A stretch of DNA of 64,000 bases from an uncultured Oscillospiraceae bacterium (GTDB taxonomy: Bacteria > Bacillota > Clostridia > Christensenellales > Aristaeellaceae): NCBI GenBank assembly GCA_964586835.1, contig CAZPIC010000006.1, forward strand, positions 17,534-81,533. Direction: 5' to 3'. The position numbers were made by a program, and so were the translations under genes. Position 1 is the first letter of the stretch, and each line of letters opens with the position of its first letter. Below the pieces are notes generated by a model. The model saw only the letters and a program-made list of their open reading frames with translations, made no database searches and was not told the origin of the DNA. Positions 57,759-64,000 of this stretch are shown here, piece by piece.

Positions 57759-58304
57759 TTACTGTTGTGCAAACGGCATGCCGAGCAGGCTCAGGAGTTC
57801 CTTCGCTTCCTCGTCGGTCTTAGCGGTCGTTACAAATATCATCTCCATGCCGCGGATTTTTTCGACCTTGTCGTAGTTGATCTCCGGGAATATGAGCTGT
57901 TCGCGAACGCCGAGCGCAAAGTTGCCCCGCCCGTCAAAGGCATTGGGGGACACCCCCCGGAAATCCCGGACGCGGGGCAGGTCGATGCTGATGAGCTTGT
58001 CCACGAATTCTTCCATCCGACTTCCCCTGAGGGTAACCTTCGCGCCCACATTCATCCCTTCGCGGAGCTTGAAGTTGGCGATCGATTTCTTTGCTTTGGT
58101 CACCATGGGTTTCTGGCCGGATATCAAGCTGAGTTCCTCCACTGCCGATTCAAGCAGCTTGGCGTTGTCCTTGCAGTCCCCCAAGCCCATATTCACGACC
58201 ACTTTGGCCAAGCGGGGCACTTCCATTGGATTCTTGTAGCCAAACTTCTGCTGCAGGGCAGGCATAACCTCGCTTAAGTACTTCTGTTTCAGACGGGTGG
58301 GCAT
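57759..58304 (-). CDS. rplE: 50S ribosomal protein L5
   Basis: MPTRLKQKY...P.L.K.V.NMG.G. The ATG at 58304 follows GAGGAGGAG. Confidence 0.96.
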   Translation of the reverse strand: MPTRLKQKYLSEVMPALQQKFGYKNPMEVPRLAKVVVNMGLGDCKDNAKLLESAVEELSLISGQKPMVTKAKKSIANFKLREGMNVGAKVTLRGSRMEEFVDKLISIDLPRVRDFRGVSPNAFDGRGNFALGVREQLIFPEINYDKVEKIRGMEMIFVTTAKTDEEAKELLSLLGMPFAQQ

Positions 58305-58321
58305 CTGCCGTCTCCTCCTCA

Positions 58322-58639
58322 TTAATCAATCTGTTCGCCGCATTTTTTGCATACGCGGATCTTTTTCCCGTCTTCAAGCCTCTTCACCCCGGCCCTGGAG
58401 GGCCGGCCGCATTTCTGGCATACCAGCATGACATTGCTGGCATCGATGGCGGATTCCTTATGGATAATGCCGCCCGGCTGTCCCTGCTGCCTGGACTTCA
58501 TGTGCTTGGTCACCATGGCGACCCCTTCAACGGTGACCCGCCCGGCACCAGGGTTCACTGCGATCACCTTGCTCTTTTTGCCTTTGTCCTTGCCGGTGAT
58601 GACAATGACCTCATCCTTCGTTTTGACATGAACCTTCAT
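58322..58639 (-). CDS. rplX: 50S ribosomal protein L24
   Basis: [24 protein letters not shown] (KOW). 105 aa. Confidence 0.96.
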   Translation of the reverse strand: MKVHVKTKDEVIVITGKDKGKKSKVIAVNPGAGRVTVEGVAMVTKHMKSRQQGQPGGIIHKESAIDASNVMLVCQKCGRPSRAGVKRLEDGKKIRVCKKCGEQID

Positions 58640-58650
58640 TCGCGTTCCTC

Positions 58651-59019
58651 CTACAGCACTTCCGGCGCGAGCGAAACGATCTTCATGAAGTCCTTTTCGC
58701 GCAGCTCACGGGCCACGGGACCGAAGATACGTGTCCCACGGGGCTGTCTGTCATCATTGACAATCACTGCCGCATTGTCGTCAAAGCGGATATAGCTGCC
58801 ATCGGAGCGCCGTTTCTGTTTCGCCACCCTGACGATCACAGCCCTGACGACGTCACCCTTTTTGACCTGTCCCCCCGGAGCGGCGTTCTTAACGCTTGCC
58901 ACGATGATATCGCCGACGGAGCCGCTACGGCGAAACGACCCACCCAGGACGCGGATGCACATGATTTCCTTTGCGCCGGAGTTATCGGCAACCTTCAGCC
59001 GCGTTTGTGGCTGTATCAT
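58651..59019 (-). CDS. rplN: 50S ribosomal protein L14
   Basis: [27 protein letters not shown]. 122 aa. Confidence 0.98.
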   Translation of the reverse strand: MIQPQTRLKVADNSGAKEIMCIRVLGGSFRRSGSVGDIIVASVKNAAPGGQVKKGDVVRAVIVRVAKQKRRSDGSYIRFDDNAAVIVNDDRQPRGTRIFGPVARELREKDFMKIVSLAPEVL

Positions 59020-59080
59020 GATCAGGGTACCTCCTTAAACGATGTTCCCTCGTTCGCCCTGTGCCAGGCGATCGGCGCTG

Positions 59081-59344
59081 TCATTTCGCCTTCTTGAGGA
59101 TGTCTATCAGCCGCCAGCGTTTCTCCCGGGACAACGGGCGGGTTTCCATGATCGTGACGGTATCGCCAATGCCGCAGGAGTTGTTTTCATCGTGGGCCTT
59201 AAGCTTGCTTGTGCGCTTGATGTATTTTCCGTACAGAGGGTGCTTGACGCGCCTGTTGACGGACACGACGATCGTCTTGTCCATCTTGTCGCTGACCACG
59301 ACACCGACCCTCGTCTTACGCAGTCCCCTTTGTTCTGATGGCAT
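59081..59344 (-). CDS. rpsQ: 30S ribosomal protein S17
   Basis: [28 protein letters not shown]. The ATG at 59344 lies 8 nt after GAAGGGAG. Confidence 0.95.
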   Translation of the reverse strand: MPSEQRGLRKTRVGVVVSDKMDKTIVVSVNRRVKHPLYGKYIKRTSKLKAHDENNSCGIGDTVTIMETRPLSREKRWRLIDILKKAK

Positions 59345-59371
59345 AAGAATAACTCCCTTCACGGCTCTGTG

Positions 59372-59563
59372 CTATTTGTTCAGTTTCTGTGTCTGAACGG
59401 TCAAGGCCCGGGCGATCTCCCGCCTGACCTGGGATATCTGCATCGTATTCTCAAGCTGTCCCGTCGCAAGCTTGAACCTCAGATTGAACAGCTCGGCCTT
59501 GAGGTCGGCGATTTTCGCATTCAGCTCCTCAGGTTTCATGGCCGAAAACTCGCTCACCTTCAT
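59372..59563 (-). CDS. rpmC: 50S ribosomal protein L29
   Basis: 63 aa. [20 protein letters not shown]. Confidence 0.96.
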   Translation of the reverse strand: MKVSEFSAMKPEELNAKIADLKAELFNLRFKLATGQLENTMQISQVRREIARALTVQTQKLNK

Positions 59564-60000
59564 CGTTCCTCACCACCATTTCCTGGATTCAGCTGAGCGC
59601 GGGAAACGACCTTGCTGCGCAGGGGCAGCTTTGTGGCGGCAAGGCGGAGCGCCTCTCTCGCCACGTCTTCCTCAACGCCTCCAAGTTCAAACATGACGCG
59701 GCCGGGTTTTACGACGGCTACCCAGTACTCCGGGGATCCCTTCCCGGAACCCATGCGGGTTTCAGCAGGTTTTTCCGTGACCGGCTTGTCGGGAAAGATC
59801 TTTATCCAGACGTTCCCCCCCCGCTTGGTAAACCTCGTCAGGGCAATACGGGCGGCTTCAATCTGCTGGCTCGTCACCCAGCTGGGGGAGAGGGCAACGA
59901 GGCCATAGTCGCCGTGCGTAATCGTGTTTCCACGCTGGGCTTTGCCCTTCATCCGCCCGCGAAACACCTTTCGCCTCTTGACTCTCTTGGGCATCAACAT
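59560..60000 (-). CDS. rplP: 50S ribosomal protein L16
   Basis: [19 protein letters not shown], and [19 protein letters not shown]. 146 aa. Confidence 0.98.
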   Translation of the reverse strand: MLMPKRVKRRKVFRGRMKGKAQRGNTITHGDYGLVALSPSWVTSQQIEAARIALTRFTKRGGNVWIKIFPDKPVTEKPAETRMGSGKGSPEYWVAVVKPGRVMFELGGVEEDVAREALRLAATKLPLRSKVVSRAQLNPGNGGEER

Positions 60001-60003
60001 GGC

Positions 60004-60672
60004 TTACTTGCCTCCTTCAGTGCGGGCATCCGGTTTTTTTGCCGTCGGCAGGATCTGCCCCTTGTAGATCCAGACCTTCACACCAAGCCGGCCGTAGGTG
60101 GTTTTCGCCTCCGCAAAACCGTAGTCGATGTTCGCCCGCAGGGTCTGAAGCGGGATGGATCCCTCGTGATAATGCTCGCTGCGAGCGATATCAGCGCCGC
60201 CGAGACGGCCGGACACCTGTGTCTTGATGCCCTTCGCGCCTGCCCGCATCGAGCGCTGAATGCTCTGCTTCATTGCGCGCCGAAAAGAAATGCGCTTTTC
60301 AAGCTGCTGCGCGATATTCTCTGCCACAAGCTGGGCATCGCAATCAGGGTTCTTGACTTCAAGGATGTTGATATGGATCGTCCGGCCCAGCTTCTTTTCA
60401 ATATAGGCCTTCAGTTCCTCGATGCCCTTTCCGCCGCGGCCGATGATCATGCCGGGTTTTCCGGTAAACACGTTGATGGTGGTACGCGCGGGGCTGCGTT
60501 CGATATCAATCCGGCTGATCCCCGTCTGGTAATACCTCTTTTTCAGATCCCTGCGGATCTCATGGTCTTCAACCAGATTGTCCGCAAAATCCTTCTTTCC
60601 GGCATACCACCGCGTGCTCCAGTCAAATATGACGCCTACGCGCGCCCCATGGGGGTTGACTTTCTGACCCAT
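60004..60672 (-). CDS. rpsC: 30S ribosomal protein S3
   Basis: [13 protein letters not shown] domain, and [10 protein letters not shown]. 222 aa. Confidence 0.98.
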   Translation of the reverse strand: MGQKVNPHGARVGVIFDWSTRWYAGKKDFADNLVEDHEIRRDLKKRYYQTGISRIDIERSPARTTINVFTGKPGMIIGRGGKGIEELKAYIEKKLGRTIHINILEVKNPDCDAQLVAENIAQQLEKRISFRRAMKQSIQRSMRAGAKGIKTQVSGRLGGADIARSEHYHEGSIPLQTLRANIDYGFAEAKTTYGRLGVKVWIYKGQILPTAKKPDARTEGGK

Positions 60673-60686
60673 TGCTAACCCTCCTC

Positions 60687-61070
60687 CTATCTTTTGTCAA
60701 GGACGACGCTGATGTGGCTGGTTCGCCGAAGGATCGGCGACGCGCTCCCCCGGCTGCGGGGAACATAGCGCTTGAGCGCAGGGCCCTGATTGACATAGAT
60801 CTCCGCGATGTAAAGCGAAGCCCTGTCCATCTCCAGGTTGTTCACCGCGTTTGCGATGGCGCTTTGAACCAGTTTCCAAACGATAGGTGAGGCTGCCTTT
60901 GGCGTGTGCTTGAGGATTGCCAACGCTTCTTCCACGTCCCTGCCACGAACCAGATCCACCACGATCTTCGCCTTCTTGGAGGAGATGCGTACATGTCTGA
61001 CATGGGCGTGCGGCCGCCTGTCCGCCGTTTCGCTGCGATCGCGCCCCTTTTCCCGGGTATTGGTTGCCAT
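60687..61070 (-). CDS. rplV: 50S ribosomal protein L22
   Basis: [25 protein letters not shown], and [10 protein letters not shown]. 127 aa. Confidence 0.96.
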   Translation of the reverse strand: MATNTREKGRDRSETADRRPHAHVRHVRISSKKAKIVVDLVRGRDVEEALAILKHTPKAASPIVWKLVQSAIANAVNNLEMDRASLYIAEIYVNQGPALKRYVPRSRGSASPILRRTSHISVVLDKR

Positions 61071-61090
61071 ACGACTGTTCTCCCTCCGTC

Positions 61091-61369
61091 TTACTTGCGA
61101 CCAGCGGATTTCTCGCCGGCATGTCCCCTGAATGTGCGCGTCGGGGCAAACTCGCCAAGCTTGTGTCCGACCATATCCTCCGTGATGTATACAGGGACAT
61201 GCTTGCGCCCGTCATGCACAGCGATGGTATGTCCGACAAAGTCGGGGAAGATCGTTGAGGCCCGGGACCAGGTCTTCAAAACGGCTTTTCTTCCCGACTG
61301 ATTCATCTTCATGATGCGCTTCATCAGCACCTCGCTGACAAAGGGGCCTTTCTTGACTGATCGGCTCAT
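61091..61369 (-). CDS. rpsS: 30S ribosomal protein S19
   Basis: [11 protein letters not shown], and [16 protein letters not shown]. 92 aa. Confidence 0.98.
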   Translation of the reverse strand: MSRSVKKGPFVSEVLMKRIMKMNQSGRKAVLKTWSRASTIFPDFVGHTIAVHDGRKHVPVYITEDMVGHKLGEFAPTRTFRGHAGEKSAGRK

Positions 61370-61401
61370 GCTGTGGGTTGCCTCCTTCCGTCGAACCGGG
61401 C

Positions 61402-62235
61402 TTACTTGCTGCCTTTCCGCTTGACGATCAAGCGGTTCGAGTACTTCTTGCGCTTACGGGTCTTGTATCCCAGCGTGGGCTTGCCCCACGGGGTGACCGG
61501 AGCGGGTTTTCCAATGGGGGACTTGCCTTCTCCCCCGCCGTGAGGATGATCTACAGGGTTCATGGCCACGCCGCGCACGGAAGGCCTGAAACCCATGTGG
61601 CGTTTGCGACCGGCCTTGCCAATCCGCACATTCTCGTGTTCCTGATTCCCCACCGTCCCCACGGTTGCCCTCGCTTGGATGGGAACCTTGCGCACTTCAC
61701 CTGAGGGAAGGCGAATCTGGGCAAAATCACCCTCCTTGGCCATCAGCTGAGCGTAAGCCCCGGCTGAGCGTACCAGCTGACCGCCCCGTCCCGGCCTTAG
61801 CTCGATGTTGTGAATCAACGTACCCGCGGGAATCCCGGACAGCGGCAGCGCGTTGCCGGGCACGATGTCCACATCGTCGCCCGCAATGACCGTATCGCCC
61901 ACCTTGAGGCCGGATGGCGCGAGGATGTAGCGCTTTTCTCCATCCGCATAGAAGAGAAGCGCGATGAAGGCGGATCGGTTAGGGTCGTACTCCAGCGCGG
62001 CAACCCGTGCGGGGACGCCCACTTTATCCCGCTTAAAATCGATGATACGGTATTTGACCTTGTTGCCACCCCCTCGGTGGCGCACGGTGATCTTGCCCTG
62101 CTTGTTTCTGCCCGCATGCTTGACAAGCCGCTGGGTCAGTGCCTTTTCGGGTGCCTTCTTGGTCAGCTCTTCATAGGTCAGCGCTGACATGAACCGCCGT
62201 GCAGGTGAGGTCGGCTTATAGACACGAATCGCCAT
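61402..62235 (-). CDS. rplB: 50S ribosomal protein L2
   Basis: [14 protein letters not shown], and [18 protein letters not shown]. 277 aa. Confidence 0.98.
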   Translation of the reverse strand: MAIRVYKPTSPARRFMSALTYEELTKKAPEKALTQRLVKHAGRNKQGKITVRHRGGGNKVKYRIIDFKRDKVGVPARVAALEYDPNRSAFIALLFYADGEKRYILAPSGLKVGDTVIAGDDVDIVPGNALPLSGIPAGTLIHNIELRPGRGGQLVRSAGAYAQLMAKEGDFAQIRLPSGEVRKVPIQARATVGTVGNQEHENVRIGKAGRKRHMGFRPSVRGVAMNPVDHPHGGGEGKSPIGKPAPVTPWGKPTLGYKTRKRKKYSNRLIVKRKGSK

Positions 62236-62248
62236 TTGCTTCTCCTTC

Positions 62249-62545
62249 CTAGATCATGCCTTCAAAGAACTCAATGGGCTTCGAGTCCTCCGCAAGCTTG
62301 ACATAAGCCTTTTTGACCTCCGGGGTCCGGCCGCTCGACTTGCCCTGGCGCTTAATCTTTCCAAGGACGCGAAGGGTATTGACCCGTTCGACCTTGATAC
62401 CCTTGAAGACAGCCTCGAGGGATTTTTTGATTTCCACCTTGTTCGCCCGAGGATCGACTTCGAAGATATATCTCTTTTCTGCGATACCCTCATAGCCCTT
62501 CTCCGTCAAAACAGGGCGAAGGATAATATCATGCGGGTCTTTCAT
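62249..62545 (-). CDS. rplW: 50S ribosomal protein L23
   Basis: 98 aa. [11 protein letters not shown]...ANK.EIK.A.E. 4-nt overlap with rplD. Confidence 0.96.
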   Translation of the reverse strand: MKDPHDIILRPVLTEKGYEGIAEKRYIFEVDPRANKVEIKKSLEAVFKGIKVERVNTLRVLGKIKRQGKSSGRTPEVKKAYVKLAEDSKPIEFFEGMI

Positions 62546-63168
62546 GACGCAAAAACCTCCTCTATCCCGGATACCGCGGCTTTTGACAGGATCAGCTTGC
62601 CAGCATTGAGTACATCGTAGACATTGAGCGTGCTGGTAAGGGTTCCGCGAAGCTCCTTGATGTTCCTGGAAGCGCGGACAACGTTCTCGTCATAGCCTTC
62701 AAGCACGAGGAGGGCTTTGCCTTCAACGCCGAGATCCTTCAGCATCTTGACAACCAGTTTCGTCTTGGCTTGGGGGATCGCAACTTCGTTGATCACAATC
62801 AGATCGCCGGCATTGAATTTGGCAGAAAGGGCGCTCTTCATGGCCAGTCGCCTGACTTTCTTTGGCACTTTCACGCAATAATCTCTCGGCTGGGGAGCAA
62901 ACGCCACTCCCCCGTGGCGGAACTGGGGCGCACGGTTGCTGTGGTGTCTCGCCCTGCCTGTTCCCTTCTGTCGGTAGATCTTTCTTCCTCCGCCACGCAC
63001 CATGCCCCGCGACAGCGCGCTGTGCGTGCCCTGGCGCCTGTTGGCCAGGATAGAACGGACTACCAAATGCATGGCGGCGACATTGGGCCTTACAGCGAAC
63101 ACCTCTTCACTGAGCGTCAGTTCACCCTCCGGCTGGCCCTGCATATTCACGACGGTGATGGTCGGCAT
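62542..63168 (-). CDS. rplD: 50S ribosomal protein L4
   Basis: GGGRKIYRQKGTGRARHHS.RAPQFRHGGVAF. 208 aa. Confidence 0.97.
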   Translation of the reverse strand: MPTITVVNMQGQPEGELTLSEEVFAVRPNVAAMHLVVRSILANRRQGTHSALSRGMVRGGGRKIYRQKGTGRARHHSNRAPQFRHGGVAFAPQPRDYCVKVPKKVRRLAMKSALSAKFNAGDLIVINEVAIPQAKTKLVVKMLKDLGVEGKALLVLEGYDENVVRASRNIKELRGTLTSTLNVYDVLNAGKLILSKAAVSGIEEVFAS

Positions 63169-63186
63169 GTGCGTTATCCTCCTTGG

Positions 63187-63831
63187 TCAGGCTTTGCAGG
63201 TATTGCGTACGATGAGCAGGCCGTTGTCGGTCCCCGGAACAGCCCCTCTGACAAGCAGCAGGTTACGCTCCGCATCCACCTCAATGATCTCGAGATTCTG
63301 GATGGTGACCCGCTCGGAGCCGTAATGCCCAGGCATTTTTTTGTTCTTGAAGACGCGTGACGGAGAGCTGTTGGCGCTTAAGGAACCAACTCCACGGTGG
63401 TACTTGGATCCATGGGACATCGGCCCTCGCGAAAGGTTCCACCTATAGATCGCCCCGGTGAAGCCGCGACCTCTGCTTGTCCCTGTCACATCCACCCGCT
63501 CCCCAGCCTTGAACACATCGGCGGTGATGGTCTGTCCCGTTTCAAAGGCAGCGCTGTCTTCAAGCCTCAGCTCGCGTAGGTAGCGGGAAGGCGTAACGCC
63601 CGCCTTCTTGAAATGACCCAGCGCGGGCTTGCTGACCAGCTTCTTCACGCGGTTCTCCGCGATCGGCTCAAAGCTGACCTGGACTGCTTCATAGCTGTCT
63701 TTTTCGATGGTCTTTTTCTGAACAACCGTACAGGGGCCCGCCAGGATGACTGTGACCGGAACCAGACGCCCATCCTTTAGGAACTTCTGTGTCATGCCGA
63801 GTTTTTTCCCTAGAATCGCTTTCTTACTCAC
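63187..63831 (-). CDS. rplC: 50S ribosomal protein L3
   Basis: [20 protein letters not shown], and MPGHYG.ERVT. 214 aa. Confidence 0.98.
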   Translation of the reverse strand: MSKKAILGKKLGMTQKFLKDGRLVPVTVILAGPCTVVQKKTIEKDSYEAVQVSFEPIAENRVKKLVSKPALGHFKKAGVTPSRYLRELRLEDSAAFETGQTITADVFKAGERVDVTGTSRGRGFTGAIYRWNLSRGPMSHGSKYHRGVGSLSANSSPSRVFKNKKMPGHYGSERVTIQNLEIIEVDAERNLLLVRGAVPGTDNGLLIVRNTCKA

Positions 63832-63846
63832 TGCTTGCCTCCTGCC

Positions 63847-64000
63847 TTACAGCTTGATCTCGATTTCGACGCCGGTCGGCAGATCCAGCTTCATCATCGC
63901 GTCCACCGTACGTGAATTGGGGTTGTGAATGTCTATGAGGCGTTTGTGCGTGCGTCTCTCAAACTGCTCGCGGCTATCCTTGTACTTGTGCGGTGCACGA
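63847..64000 (-). CDS. rpsJ: 30S ribosomal protein S10 (C-terminal part; the gene runs off the window)
   Basis: The reverse complement translates to ...[47 protein letters not shown] with a stop at 63847-63849. Confidence 0.93.
   Translation of the reverse strand, partial: RAPHKYKDSREQFERRTHKRLIDIHNPNSRTVDAMMKLDLPTGVEIEIKL

Overview
High-GC (about 58-60% in lines I counted) Bacillota/Clostridia-like chromosomal segment, mostly core genome. No homology search was possible, so product calls rest on recognised motifs, length and gene order. Start codons are my best reading of RBS spacing. Layout: (i) 1-11.6 kb is an accessory, decaying region. It holds an unknown helical protein, a secreted beta-propeller-like protein with a frameshifted tandem paralog, a low-GC islet with a frameshifted DUF1801 gene, about 1.1 kb with no credible ORF, a secreted internally duplicated protein with a peptidoglycan-binding tail, an M20 amidohydrolase, a nitroreductase, and a clostripain-like (C11) peptidase pseudogene with 4 lesions. 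(ii) 11.7-18.4 kb (minus strand) carries a CUT1-type ABC sugar transporter packed with a Gfo/Idh/MocA oxidoreductase and a trans-sulfuration-family PLP enzyme, followed by a divergent GpsA-like dehydrogenase. (iii) 18.7-24.6 kb carries acylphosphatase, iscR-nifS-nifU, a DUF6273-like secreted protein, pgsA and guaB. (iv) 24.6-29.2 kb carries potABC without potD behind a roughly 300-nt leader, tRNA-Trp and mnmE. (v) 29.3-37.2 kb (plus strand) is a tightly packed run of dnaE, a degenerate anti-sigma-like gene, a group-3 sigma factor, tlyA, a DnaD/DnaB-like loader and a DnaC/DnaI-like ATPase. (vi) 37.2-48.3 kb (minus strand) carries hemZ-like, MBL hydrolase, dtd, relA/spoT, recJ, secF, secD, an ArsC-fold protein, rsfS and a nadD-yqeK fusion. 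(vii) 48.4-64.0 kb (minus strand) is the complete alpha, spc and S10 ribosomal protein operons (rplQ back to a partial rpsJ), including adk, map, a KOW protein, infA and rpmJ. I found no CRISPR array, rRNA, intact transposase or integrase, or recognisable defence system. The most unusual items are the sugar-transporter/oxidoreductase/C-S-lyase-type cluster, the anti-sigma-like protein lacking ATP-binding motifs inside a replication operon, the potD-less pot operon with a long leader, and pseudogenes confined to the first 11.5 kb.
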